The notes below the pieces were generated by a model. The model made no database searches and had not been told where the DNA came from. It was given only the letters and a program-made list of their open reading frames with translations. A stretch of DNA of 64,000 nt from Octopus sinensis (lineage: Eukaryota), in NCBI RefSeq assembly GCF_006345805.1, contig NC_043005.1, positions 77,810,001 to 77,874,000 on the forward strand, in the 5' to 3' direction. The translations under genes were made by a program, and so were the position numbers. Shown one piece after another: positions 11,348 through 26,130 of the stretch (its first letter is position 1; each line of letters begins with the position of its first letter).

Positions 11348-11705
11348 CTATCTATCTATCTATCTATCTATCAATCTCTCTCTCTCTATATATATATGAA
11401 AAAGAGGCCACAAAAGTGACAGAGGGGGCTGGTCTGCACCGATTATGCTAAAATAAGAGTTAAATTAGCTTTAAAGCCACAAGAACTAATTTAATGACTG
11501 ACGAAGAGAATATATACGAGGAGCTCCTTTCAGTTTCCATCTACCAAATTGACTCGCAAGACTTTGTTCGGCCCAATGTTATAGTAGAGAACACTTGCCT
11601 AAGACGCCATGCAGTGGAGATGAGTCCAGAACCATGTTGTTGGGAAGCAAGCTACTTACCACAAAGACACCTGCGTCTATATATATAAACATATACATAC
11701 ATGTG

Positions 11706-11738
<33 letters not shown>

Positions 11739-11933
11739 ACTCTTACTCGCTTTTACTTGTTTCAGTCATTTGACTGTGGTCATGCTGGAGCACCACCTTT
11801 AGTCGAGCAAATCGACCCCAGAGCTTATTCTTTATAAGCCTAGTATTTATTCTATCGGTCTCTTTTGCCGAAGCGCTAATTTACGGGACGTAAACACACC
11901 AGCATCGGTTGTCAAGCGATGGTGGCGGGTGGA

Positions 11934-12026
<93 letters not shown>

Positions 12027-12187
12027 GACGGGCTTCTTTCAGTTTCCCTCTACCAAATCCACTTACAAGGCTTTGGTCGGCCCCAAGCTACAGTAGAAGA
12101 AACTTGCCCAAGGTGCCACGCAGTGGGACTGAACCCGGAACCATGTGGTTCGTAAGCACTCTACTTGCCACACAGCCACTCCTACGT
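11739..12187 (-). mobile_element. CORE-like SINE family B, full length with internal (TA)n(TG)n
   Basis: Head with CCTTGGGCAAGT CORE-like motif, internal microsatellite and GGTGCTCCAGCATG..GAAACAAGTAAAAG tail. A partial copy lies at 11514-11672. Confidence 0.85.
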
Positions 12188-13206
12188 CTATGTGTATGTA
12201 AATATATATATAAACAAAACAAAAAATAGAACAAGAACGTAACAGACGACATCAAAACATCCGGACAGACGACACAAAGAAGATATATATATATATATAT
12301 ATAATATATATATAACATATATATATATATCTATATATTATATTCATATATAAAATATTATATATATATATATCATATATATATATATATATATCTATAT
12401 GACCTATATAGTATATATATATATATACATATTATATATATATATCTATATATATATATATATACGTTTACCACTTACGCACAAACAATATATTAATGTG
12501 TGTGTCTGTTTAATTACAAGTGTGTGTATATGTGTGTTGCTTGTCTGTACTTGATATCAATCTGCGGGTGTCTCCTAGATTTTAACCCTATGCGTCTTAC
12601 AATATCTATCATTTTATATCTGCTGAATTTGTTCCAGTTTACTTTGCTTTCGTCTTTGAATATATTTATATTATTTGTTTTGACTTTGACTTTGGTGATT
12701 AAGCTATTAGATTTGCAAAGAGACTAGGATACTTGACCGGTTTGGGAAGAGCTTTAAAATAGTCGTTTTGTATGCATATGTATTTAAGAATGTATGTATG
12801 TATGTATGTATGTATGTATGTATGTATGTATGTATGTATGTATGTATGTATACGTGCACACATAGATACTGACATGTGTATGTATAGTTATACACATACG
12901 CCCACACGTATGCGTATACATGTGTATATGTAGATAAATAGATGGAGAGAGAGAGAGAAAGTGTGTGTGAGAGAGAGAGAGGAAATGCGGTGTGCTAACA
13001 GAGAGAAGATAGTTTATGAATGAAAGCTCTAGAGGTCTGCATACACACACCTGTGCAAGTTTTATTGTGTTTTGTTTTTTGTTTGTTGTGTTGGTGTGTG
13101 TGTGTGTGTGTATGTGTGTGTGTTTTGTGTCTACTCGAGTTAATTTCACCAATGTGTAGTGTTGTGTGTAAGGCGTGCTAACGATTTTTGCCAGCTAGCC
13201 GCCTTA

Positions 13207-13338
<132 letters not shown>

Positions 13339-13746
13339 TTTCATTTATTTGTTACAAGGGTGAAGGATGAAGGGGACAATTCAAAGACAGTGTTGGGGTT
13401 TACGTATATATAATGATAAACAAAAATGAAACAAAGAAAGAAAGTATACACGGTATACACTGACATCGAAGGGACATATGCATAGCATACAAAGGTTTAA
13501 AAAACAGTGGCGGGGAGGATGATAGAGACGTGGCCCTCCTGAAACAGGAAGGCCTGTAGGGATAATCGAGGAACCCCAGTGTCCGAGATTTTCCTGAAAC
13601 CTTAGGATCATGTAACCTCTCTAATTCCTTCTCTCCGACTCTCTTGCCCTTTTCGCAACTTTCACTCACCTTTCAATAAACTCACCTGAGGACAGCACTT
13701 CCCTCTCCTCGAAGAAGTCAATAAGAAACTTGAAGAAGTCAATAAG
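13339..13746 (-). mobile_element. Second L1/Tx1-like 3' fragment
   Basis: Minus strand reads LIDFF..EREVLSSGEFIER*VKVAKRAR, then AATAAA and an (ATC/ATT)n tail. Homologous to 3781-4150. Confidence 0.5.
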
Positions 13747-13893
13747 ACCTCTACTAAAGAGGAATGTAAATATAGAACTGTATTATCTAATGTGTACGGA
13801 GCCGATATTAGACTTCAATGGAGACATATAGAGAAACTCCTTCAAAAACTAGCATACCTTAGGAATGAGAACCCAGGTTCGAGATTTCCCTAA

Positions 13894-13939
13894 GACACCT
13901 GAAGAAGGCTGGAGGGTATATCAGCCGAAACGTTGTGTT
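13894..13939 (+). ncRNA. Minimal type I hammerhead ribozyme candidate in a Penelope-like terminal repeat
   Basis: Stem I GACAC/GTGTT, core CTGAAGA plus extra A, stem II GGCTG/CAGCC, GAAA, palindromic stem III (ACGT), GUU cleavage triplet. Confidence 0.7.
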
Positions 13940-14401
13940 AACAACAAACAAGATGAGGACAAATATCCGTCGAATGTAAATAATGTAAATAAGGAATGTA
14001 CCTGTCCTCATGCCTTTCAATCTTGTCCATCAAACAACCTCTTTGCCACAAAGGAAAACTGCCTTGCACCGAAAATGTCGTCACACTCCTCACCAATAAT
14101 CTTCTATAAATTTCTAAAGCTGAACATTCACCGATCCCATTGCCCGATTGGTAGGGCTCCTGACGATATTCTAGGTGTCAGTCCTTTCTAATGTAGGTAC
14201 AAGGCCTGAAAATTTACGGGAGGGGATTGTCGATTAAATCGACCCGAGTGTTTTATTGGTACTTAATTCATCGACGCCCAAAGGATGAAATAATAATAAT
14301 AATAGTAATAGTAATAATAATAATAATAATAATATATAATAATAATAATAATAATAATATAATAATAATAATCATAATAATAATAATAATAATAATAATA
14401 A

Positions 14402-14934
14402 ATGCCATGATTGCCGTACCGGGCAAGTGACTCACGTGGTTCTGATCTAACTGATTGGAAGTGTTATCATGGACATTGTTTTGTCTTGGTATAAAAGATG
14501 GGCTACAGCCAAATATTCTGCTCAATATCACAGATTTGCTTGTCAGTTGTTGGCCTTAACCAGTTGAGAATGTCCGTCAGTGACTGACGATATGTGCATC
14601 TCTGATCATGAGCTGAAGTAGTGGGGGGAGCATCATAGCCATGTGTGAAAAGGAGTCTTTGGGTTTGAATAATTCACCTCTGGAAACATGGGTATTTCTT
14701 CAACGTCCTTAACAAACCCTTATTCAGGGACCTTTTGAGCAGGATTGGCAACTCGACCAGAAGAAAATTCTCAACTGGACACCCACCTGCAAGGTCATAC
14801 GCTGTTTATCTTGTCGCGCCTTATGGTGTTGATGCATGTGCCTAGTGTACCCTTATCAGACGGGTAGGGTGTCAGATGGGTATACTGGGTTTCGTAAATT
14901 TACCCTAGATCATTGATGCATGCACTGCTTTCTC
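14402..14934 (-). mobile_element. ~540-bp non-coding element, copy c (more diverged)
   Basis: Reverse complement of 5256-5798, flanked on both sides by (AAT)n. Confidence 0.8.
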
Positions 14935-14978
<44 letters not shown>

Positions 14979-14980
<2 letters not shown>

Positions 14981-15306
14981 TATCCAATACCGGCAGTTAC
15001 AACGTGTCTCTAAAAGAAATGGAGAAACTCAAAAATAACAAAGACCTGGAAATAGAGGTAACTAGAATGTGGAATCTGAAAACAGAAACATCTATCATAG
15101 TAGTGCATTAGGCATGAACAAAAAATATTCAACAAATACAAACAAAAACACTAGGACTTACAAACACATATAACATACAGAAAATTGCACTACTGGCACT
15201 GCACACATCCTACGCAGAACACTTGTCCATACAATAACCATCAGAGCATCACAACAAATCACAGCACATACCCAAGGCACACAGAGCTGCGCTATAAAAA
15301 TAAACA

Positions 15307-15310
<4 letters not shown>
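14979..15310 (+). mobile_element. 5'-truncated Dong copy (same lineage as copy 2)
   Basis: NVSLKEMEKL..KDLEIEVTRMWNLKTET plus a 3' UTR ending ATAAAAATAAACACTGA. (AAT)n on both sides. Confidence 0.88.
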
Positions 15311-15350
<40 letters not shown>

Positions 15351-15629
15351 TTAATAATAATAATATTAATAATAATGGCGGTGCCTCAGCATGGTCTGAA
15401 CCTTTGATCTGGAACAAGTAAACGATGTGCAGCTAAGGTTATTTCACTTGAATTCAATTATCTCTTGGTACATCTTTCAATACACAAATTTATAGATCTT
15501 CATGGCAGTTTCATTATGTTAAACACTTCAATCTGTCCACTCTCTTTCTTTTTATCGGTGTTTTCCTTTCGTAATTTTTCCGCTGATTCCACTATTTCCA
15601 TTTCCCTCTTTGTCCCTCCTTCCCACTTT

Positions 15630-15660
<31 letters not shown>

Positions 15661-16166
15661 GCTCTCGCTCTCTCGCTCCATATATACATCTTTCACCATC
15701 TGAGCTATCACCTCCCTTGACGAAACACACGAAGAGAACTGACAGACCGCACGAACAACGAGAATAGTATATTTTCTGAGTCTGATAGGACTACCGCATT
15801 GACGAATGACATTCTATGGACGCGGCTAGTTCGCTGTGTCGTTTAATATTTTATCTGATACTGTCTATGCTTATTTGTGTTTTTTTTTTCCCGCATTATA
15901 TATACATTTCGCGTTCTCCCCATAATTCATAATGTCCTGTTATAGAACTTGTCATATTTCCTGTTCGTGTTCGTGTTCGTCTACCACGTCCGCTCACTTA
16001 TAACCCAGCAGTTTATATTGCTGACACCGATAAATTGAATAATAATATCGGAAGGTGTCGAAACTGTGATGACGTTTGGTCGATAACTGACATGAACGCC
16101 ACAAACACGCACACAGACACAGACACACACACACACACATATATATACGTGAATGTGTATAAAATA

Positions 16167-16271
<105 letters not shown>

Positions 16272-16370
16272 TTATATATATATATATATAATATATGAAT
16301 ATATATATGTGTGTGTGTATAAATATAGTATGTAAATATATATATGTAGAATATATGATATATGTATATA

Positions 16371-16409
<39 letters not shown>

Positions 16410-16444
16410 TGTATATACACACACACACACACACTCACATACAC

Positions 16445-16489
<45 letters not shown>

Positions 16490-16808
16490 CAAAGCACCAC
16501 TTCACCACATACATTTATGTTTTAAGACTGTATACTTTAATATTACAATCTGTTCGCGTCTATACATCTCAACATCTCATTCTCACATTCATATAATTTA
16601 TTGAAAAACTGATATTTGAAACATAGGTCTAATGTTTAACCGATATTTTATGATATATATTTTGTGTCCTTTTCTCCTGTAGTTGTTGCATTACATAACC
16701 TGAAGGGCTTTTCTCTGTATTTTATGCTTCGAAAAAAATGTAATGAGCTATTGCTACAACTGTCAAATATTAACTCACCACATTCTCACATGAACGCACT
16801 CGCGCGCA

Positions 16809-16854
<46 letters not shown>

Positions 16855-16981
16855 TGAACACATATATACCAAACAATTTTTATATTGTGTATATGTTTAC
16901 AGTATATATATACATACCTGTATAAAAATGTTTCTTTACAGATATGCATATTATTGTATTTATATTTCATAAATGTATACA

Positions 16982-17062
<81 letters not shown>

Positions 17063-17739
17063 AGATAGATATATAAATACACCTTACACACACTTATACA
17101 TGCGTACATATACATATACATACAAACACACACACACACATATATATAAATAGATAGATATATAAATACACCCTCCACACACACTTATACAAATACAAGC
17201 ACATTTATATCTTCTAGCTATATGCATACAATATATACGCACATATATGTGAATAGTGTACACATATACACAACCACAGTAATTTAAAATACATGCATGT
17301 AATAAATATGTATTTGTAATAAATATGTATAAAACAATATATATATTCATATATATATACACAACACTCGCATATATGTATAAATACATAAACATACATA
17401 TATACATACACGTATATATACACATATACATGCATACAATCACACACACACACACGTTTATATATAATAGTTATTCAAAGGAATATCTGATAGTTGCACA
17501 AATGATTTATTGCATTTCTTCCAATGTTTAAAATACAAAAAGGAAAGTCAACTTACATATATCGCAGCAAAGCTATGAGAGAAAAAAATTGTAAAAGATA
17601 TGAGGTGTAGTTTAAATATTAGCCTCAACTTTGAATAAAGATTGTCAAATGTTAATATTGAGGAGAGAATAAGGAGGATAGGAAGAGAATGTTAAGTGTT
17701 GCTTTGATGCACACGTATCAATACACGTATAGATATAAT

Positions 17740-17790
<51 letters not shown>

Positions 17791-18175
17791 ATTATATATA
17801 TGTATGTATGTATAAGAAATTAAAGAAGGGAAATCCACATACTTTACACACTTTTAATATATTTTAAAAATATATTTTATATTGTGTTTGTCGACCGGTA
17901 TCGCTTTCGCTAATCATGACATAAAAAATTATTTTAATTACGTATTTTCTTAAGAAAATGTTTTTGTTCATGTTGTGTGAGGAGTTTATGAATGAATGAT
18001 TCAGAAGGTAACAAAATCTAAAGGAAAGTAATTGGTGATGGTTATTATTGTGGACAGGGGAGATAATTGTTTATAACGCTCAGGAATAGAAAAAGTCTTT
18101 TACGTTTCAAGACTACGCTCTTCTACAGAAAGGGACACAGAAAAAACAAGGAGTGGTTAACGATCTATCATGGCG

Positions 18176-18256
<81 letters not shown>

Positions 18257-19009
18257 CATACACATATATGCAAGGTCTGTAATAAATAACAGCATATAAT
18301 ACATACGCAATATAATATTTTGAATAATAAAATATAATAATATATAACAACATCTGCTGCTAAACAAAGCGAAACTCATAATTCTGCGCCTAACAACAAT
18401 GCAAAGTCTATTATATATCTTTTGAAATTGTCAGTCTAGTTTTTCAACGTCGTCTTTGAAACTAAAAGAATCTAAACATGTTAGAATGCCTTCCGTTCAC
18501 ATTTTGTGCTTTTTTCTTATTAAATGCTTTACTACTTCGAATGTTCTAATTTATGAGGATGTGGATAGGACTTCAATAATATCAGCTAATTAGTGATATT
18601 GTCAATAAACTAATATTGCATTATAGTCAAACAGTGACAAGAGTAAAAGAAGAAACACGAAAAAAAAATGGAGGATGAAAATTCCACCCATCAACAACAA
18701 AACTGAAATATACACGACACCACCATCTTACACATACACAAAAATACACGTACACACACACACACACACACATATATATACACTCACACGTGCACACGGA
18801 CAAACGTACTCACACACTCACATGTGACAATGAAACGTCGAAACATCATTTTTTTCATCCTTTACTGTTATGAATACAAACTGTGCGCAAGAAAAGTTGA
18901 TGTACAGTATCGCAGTTCATATGTATGTATACGTATGTATATGTATGCATGTATAAGCATGCATATATAAGTATATACATATATATGCACACACAAACAC
19001 ACACATACG

Positions 19010-19098
<89 letters not shown>

Positions 19099-19326
19099 GT
19101 GATAACGATCCCTATTGATCAAATGTTTTTTCCTTCCCCCACCTTTTTTTATATCTTATTTTATCCCCCCTTTTTTTGTCCTCTTTCTTTCCATTTACGA
19201 TCCGTTTTGATCGAAAACCAAACCCCCTTCTTTTACCCCCTAAAGAAAAGCTCTACCTTGTAATTTTGTCCTGTCTGTGTGCAGTCCTGTGTGGCTAATA
19301 AAGAAACATATCTATCTGTCTGTCTT

Positions 19327-19384
<58 letters not shown>

Positions 19385-19577
19385 ATCTATCTTTCTGTCT
19401 AGTTATCTATCTGTCTATATGTATATATAAATAAATATATGTATATATATGTATAATAATAATATTATTTGTTATTTATGTATTGGTTTATGTCTATCAC
19501 TGTTTGAGTTGCATAATAGTGGTTTTATCTCTAATTCATATTTTATATATATGTATATATAAATATATGTGTGTATA

Positions 19578-19619
<42 letters not shown>

Positions 19620-20378
19620 GTGTGTGGTGTGTTGTGTGTGTGTGTGTGTTTACATATATATATACACACACATACATTCGTACATAATACATGCATGTAC
19701 ATACATACATTCATGCGTACATACACACATATATATGTGTGTATGTATATATATATACACGCACACATATGTATATATCAATACATGCACACATATGTCC
19801 TTGATTCCCACGTTGGTGTCTTTGAGTACATTTATTTATATTTGTACATATATATTGACCCGTATAAGCTATTCCCCTACAGATCATATGATTGCCGGTG
19901 CGTGATATGTTCGTGATATCATAGAAAAATAATGTCAAAGTTGCAGTCTATCTTGCAGCACAAATGCACGTGAATAACTCAAATAACAAAACAACATGCA
20001 TAATCTGCACAATTCCATATCTCAACATGTGCTATTAAGAACTTTGACTCCATATTGGTTTTCATAAAGTTTGGATCAGCTTAGCAGAGCTAATTTTTCT
20101 TTAAGCTATACTCATAGGAATACATACTATTATTACTGTTCTTACTGTTGTTGTTATTGTTTTTTGTTATATTTATTCTTGTTGTTGTTTAGCCCCGGGG
20201 GAATCTCGACTGAGCAGACCTATGATCAAAGTTGTTCCAGCTATGAACACCTTGATAAATTTATGAGGAAAGGCGGACAATGTTCAACACCGAATAACCG
20301 TGGAAAGCAAGGGTCGGCATACTCCTTATACCATTGATATTTTAATGAAATCGTTGATTACTTATCGATCCTTATTAT

Positions 20379-20690
20379 GTGATCACGTGATCACGTGACC
20401 GACCAGGCTATCAGATGTTGTTACACATCGCTGGTCACAATGCGCTTCGCATTGTTTTAGCCTTCAAATGACGCCGCCCCGCTGGCTAAGCGAGCAGGCC
20501 AACAAAAGACAGAGTGAGAGAAATTTGTGGCGAAAGAGTACAGCAGGGATCGCCACCATCTCCTGCCGGAGCCTCGTGGAACTTTAGGTGTTTTCGCTCA
20601 ATAAACACTCACAACGCCCGGTCTGGGAATCGAAACCGCAATCCTACGACCACGATCCGCTACCCTAACCACTGGGCCATTGCACCTCTA
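20379..20690 (-). mobile_element. SINE H1 plus T1, second copy
   Basis: Closely similar to 10414-10713. The tail repeat here is CACGTGAT. Confidence 0.85.
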
Positions 20691-21367
20691 CTATGTAATT
20701 TTATGTAAATTTACGTAAATTTCTTAAATAAAATTTCAGTGTATAAAGTAATAAAAACAATTTCTTGATTTAAGAACAATTATTTCTTCGTTCTTATATA
20801 ATATTAAAGCATTTTACTAAGAAATATTTATAGAAATTTAATGAAAATACTTAACGAAATTGATAAAGAATAATAAAAATTCATTTATATTATTATATTA
20901 GCTTAAACTTTTGCACAAGGCCAGCAAGTTTGAAGGAAGGTGTAAGTCCGTAATATCAACCCCAGTGCTCAACTGGTACTTATTTGATCAATCTTGAAAG
21001 GATGAAAGGCAAAGTCGGCCTCGGTGGGATTTGAACTCAGAACGTAAATACGGGCGAAATGCCGCTAAGCATATGTTCGGCGTGCTAACGATTTTGATAA
21101 CTCACCGCCTTCAGTTGTATTATTATTATGTTGATATAATTTGAATATTTAATGTAAAATATGCGTTTGGTGAATACTAGTTATTGTGTCAATATTTGGC
21201 TGGAAAATTCATCCTTTCGGGGTCGATGAAATAAGTACCAGTTACGCACTAGGGGTTGATGTAATCGACTAGCTCCCCACCCATAAAAAAATTCAGGCCT
21301 TGTGCCTATCACACTTGTCTGCATGATTTTTTTTAATTGGCTGTATGGTATCTTTATCTGAATATAC

Positions 21368-21556
21368 TCTTTTACTCTTACTTCTTTCAATAATTTGACT
21401 GTGGTCATGCTGGAGCACCGCCTTTAGTCGAGCAAATCGACCTCAGGACTTATTCTTTGTAAGCCTAGTACTTATTCTATCGGTCTCTTTTGCCGAACCG
21501 CTAAGTAAACACACCAGCATCGGTTGTCAAGCGATGTTGGTGGGGGGACAAACACA

Positions 21557-21596
<40 letters not shown>

Positions 21597-21765
21597 TACA
21601 TATATACGACGGGCTTCTTTCAGTTTCCGTCTACCAAATCCACTCACAAGGCTTTTGTCGGCCCGAGTCTATAGTAGCAGACACTTGCCCAAAGTGCCAC
21701 GCAGTGGGACTGAACCTGGAACCATTTGGTTGGTAAGCAAGCTACTTACCACACAGCCACTCCTA
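21368..21765 (-). mobile_element. SINE family B, full length
   Basis: Same head, internal microsatellite and tail as 11739-12187. Confidence 0.85.
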
Positions 21766-21930
21766 TATGAAAAATAATGAGTCATTGTGTTTTTTATCCA
21801 TCTCTATCACATCAGGTTATCAAGGTATACAGAGACATTACTTTTCTCTTTTTGTATAACATAAGCAAATACTAAATTAAAATGCTTACCTAATGCTGAC
21901 TAAAATGTTAAATCTAATATATTTTTCGTT

Positions 21931-22771
21931 ATTTTCAGTCTGTGAATATGTTTAGAGGCTGCATCAATTCACCAGATATATTCTGCTATGTCTGCGGGCA
22001 ATTCATCCCTTCAGATTCCCGGAGCAATGTTACTCCTTTGTTGAAGCGCAGCTACTTAGCTTATTTTGGCTGCAAACTGGGAGACCGAGATAAGCCATTT
22101 GCACCTCACAAAGCTTGCAAGAGTTGCATCAGTAAGCTTTAAATGTGGTCAGTTGGAAAACTTAATTATATGCCCTTTGAAGTACCAATGGTATGGCGAG
22201 AGCAGATAAACCAGCATGATGACTGTTACTATTGTACGACTAAAGTAGCTGGATTCAACAAGAAGACTAAAGATCGCATAATATACCCAAATATTCCTTC
22301 AGCAATAAGGCCTGTTCCACACTCAGATGATATTCCTGTACCTGTGCCACCTGAGACACGGGAAATTTCATCAGAGTCTGATACAGGTGATACTAATGAG
22401 ATGGAAGTAGACTATGAGCCAGCAACAAATGACGATCCAATATTCTTCAACCAAGTCGAGCTCAGTGACTTGGTTAGAGACATTAACCTTCGAAAAGAAC
22501 GTGCACAGTTACTTGGTTCTAGACTGCGGGAACACAAACTACTTGCTCCTGGAACAACATTCGCTTGGTACTGCCATCGTGAAGTGGAATTCACTCAGTT
22601 CTTTGTGAAAGAGGATTCTTTAGTTTTCTGTTCAAAAATTTCTGGCCTCATTGAACACATGGGGATGTCGTACAAAGCAGATGAAAAATTTTGCAAAGGT
22701 CCTGAACAAGAATGGAGCTGCTTTCAAGAACCTGGAGTCAAGGTTTTCTCGTATAAGTGAAGCCAAGCTCC
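21931..22771 (+). mobile_element. Internally deleted DNA transposase gene, Chapaev3 (CMC)-like
   Basis: Cys/His N-terminus CINSPDIFCYVCG..APHKACKSC..WREQINQHDDCYYC..YPNIPSAIRPVPH and LVRDINL..AQLLGSRL, with an in-frame TAA. After 22686 another frame reads NFAKVLNKNGAAFKNLESRFSRISEAK. Superfamily name is from motif recognition only. Confidence 0.6.
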
Positions 22772-22890
22772 ATTGTAGATGTCTGTGTCACGTCTCTCAG
22801 CATTTACAATATTCATAGAGCACTGAGCAGCAGTCACGATGTTAGCATTTTGATACCCGGCGCGAAACATCATGATGCAAGCAGTTCTCC

Positions 22891-23424
22891 AATATTCAGA
22901 TGGCTACTTCGTCTGTCCTTACGTTCTGAGTTCAAATTCCGCCGAGGTCGACTTTCCTTTTCATCCTTTCGGGGGTCGATAAATTAAGTACCAAATGCGT
23001 ACTGAGGTCGATCTAATAAACTGACCCCCTATCCAAAAATTTCGAGCCTTGTGCCTAGAATAGAAAGGAATATTCAGATGGCTACTTCAATTCTCTTTAC
23101 ATTCTGAGTTCAAATTTTGCTGAGGTCGACTTTCCTTTCGAGGTCAATAAATTAAGTACCAGTAGCGTACTGGGATTGATCTAATCAACTGGGTCCCTAT
23201 CCAAAAATTTCGAGCCTAGTGCCTAGAACAGAAAAGAATATTCAGATGGTTACTTCGTCTTTACGTTCTGAGTTCAAATTCCGCCGAGGTCGACTTTCCT
23301 TTTCATCTTTTCGGGGTCAATAAATTAAGTACCAATTGCGTACTGGGATCAATCTAATCGACTGGCCCCCTCCCCCAAAATTTCGGGGCTTGTGCCTAGA
23401 GTAGAAAAGAATATTCAGATGGCT
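22891..23424 (+). repeat. Three tandem headless SINE-A bodies separated by AATATTCAGATGG(C/T)T
   Basis: The 15-mer occurs at 22891, 23069, 23237 and 23410. Periods are 178, 168 and 173 bp. Confidence 0.85.
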
Positions 23425-24269
23425 TCCAGTCTTCCATTTCTAACTTATTCCCAACTACAACTTTAATCTTTATGCTCTTCACCGGCCATTGATTGTTCAC
23501 CGATACCTGAAGCAGTTCTTGAAAAAAGGGAACATTAAAAAATCGTCAGATTTAACCCGAGTACTCCGTATTCTCTAAATGTTTCATTAATGTCTGCCAA
23601 TCTCAGTAGTTTTGGACATATATACTGCATAACGATTCAATAAAACCCCCATTTACCCGATCAACGGTCAAAAATGCTATCTATGCACTGACTTGTTTAC
23701 CAGTCTGCTGTTTACAACGAAGCAGAGGATTTTCGTTTTTACAATATTTATTAAACGATATTAGGAACATGCGAAAAATATAAAAAATAAATAGACAAAA
23801 ACTGTTGCTTGTCTAGAATTTAATGTAAAACTCTTTCGTGACCTTTTAAATACATCTTATATTTTTCCTCAGACTGCTAATTTAATTTTTCGTATATATG
23901 CTTGTTACACTACATTTCAAATCCATCCCGGTGTATCTTCTCTATATTTTAAATCATATATTTATACATACATACATACATACATACATACATACATACA
24001 TACATACATACATACATACATACATAAGTATGCATACATACATAAATACATACATACATGCATGCATACATACATAAATATATCATTCACTGACCTATAC
24101 ATGATTGTATGAAAAGGTACATACATGACTGAAACATCTTTGTATCACTTTCTTTAACTCAGAATTTTTTTTACCAGATGTAGCAGCCAAATTTCCCTCA
24201 AAATGTACACCACCATTTTTAATCGGAGAAGGTTGCATTGAAAAGTGTAGTCCCATATTCACATAAGAG

Positions 24270-24502
<233 letters not shown>

Positions 24503-25390
24503 ATAATCAAAATAAGCAACAGGATAACAATAGATGATGCAGTGCGACCATTTCAAGCGGCTCCATTTAATTAAACAATACAATCATTACATCAATGTAA
24601 ATTCAGGGCTATCCTCAGCTGCATGAATAAATAAATAGAATTTTTAATCAGTTGGACACATCAATATAATTTTACTCAAATGCTCTAATAGAACAAGAAG
24701 ACGGAAAGAGTCCATGTTACCACTAATGTAGCTAAGAATATACTACACTTCTAAGAATTGTATGAAGTTTGTTGGGGTCATAGCTTATAAAGGTCGTGGT
24801 TCATTTTTAATTTATTAGCCTTTTTATCAACTACCAACTCTGAAACTAGAGAACTGTGTCCGTTTAGAATAGAGGGCGTGCGTGCGTTGACAGCACATAG
24901 CTGGGTATGGTCATAAATATTGTCAAGATGTCTAGGATTAGTATAAAGTAACTGTCTATAAAGGAGGCTGGGTAGGGGAAGACCCCAAATCAAGATGTTA
25001 ATTACTAGTTAAAGGGACACGACGCTAATAAAACCAATGATGTTAATAATATGGGTGATTGTATATAAACAATATTGTTTGGTGTATAAAGATAAAATTT
25101 AAGATTATTAAAAATGATATAGCCAAAATAGATGTGTATAAATACCAATTTTCAACATTAGAAAGGGAAGATTACATAGAATTCGTTTAATATTCATTCA
25201 TGTACTTAATTGTTTAGTTGCTAAGTGATTTCTATAAAGACTGCTCTGGGTATTTACTTATGACATACAGGGGCGATAAATCATGCTATCTATATATTAA
25301 TTATAAGCTAAGAATCAGAAAAAAAGAAAAAAGAATATATATATATATATTATATATATTACCGCACAGCTACATATATAGCTATTCCTA

Positions 25391-25439
<49 letters not shown>

Positions 25440-26036
25440 GGCCACACTTTGAATACTGCTGCCCACTGTGGTCTCCCCATACAAGACAAAACATCTCCAG
25501 AATTGAGTCACCCAGAGGGCACTCACTAAACGAATTGAAGGCATGGCTGCTCTCGATTATTGGGATCGCCTTAAAGCCTTGAAACTTTACTCCCTCCAGC
25601 GTCGCCGTGAGCGGTACATCATTTGTACGATGTGGAGAATATACCGCCAACTTTGCCCAAACGACCTTAACATTAGCTTCAAGGTTCATCCAAGACTGGG
25701 ACCACGGGCCATACGTCCCCTGCCCAATTCAAGATCACAACATACATGTACACTGCAACATAATTTCTTTTCCTCAACAGGCCCTGCCCTATTTAACATT
25801 GTCCCGAGGGAGATCAAAGAGGAAAAGGATCCCATCAACTTTAAACGGAGTCTGGATAGATTCCTTCAAAGAATACCAGATAACGACCCATAATTGGATA
25901 CAACTCACCCAACAAAAAACTCACTACTTGAACAAAACTTGACTTAAACAGGATTCGAATAATCCTATCAGGTGGTGCTATTAAGTTAGACATGGCCTGG
26001 ACCAATCTTTGGTCGAAACATATCTAAGTTTATCTA
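25440..26036 (+). mobile_element. CR1-clade LINE 3' fragment
   Basis: RPHFEYCCPLWSPH and YWDRLKALKLYSLQRRRERYIICTMWRI..LFNIVP C-terminal motifs. The 3' end has a short TCTAAG repeat. Confidence 0.82.
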
Positions 26037-26077
26037 AGTTTATATATATATATATATTTATATGTGTGTGTGTGTGC

Positions 26078-26130
<53 letters not shown>

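Noticed and set aside
22891-23424. Repeat-spacer (CRISPR-like) pattern
   Set aside because: The intervening segments are homologous SINE bodies, not unique spacers.
24778-24993. 71-aa minus-strand ORF with a nearby acceptor-like site
   Set aside because: No recognisable domain, and no consistent acceptor-donor pair keeps a frame open.
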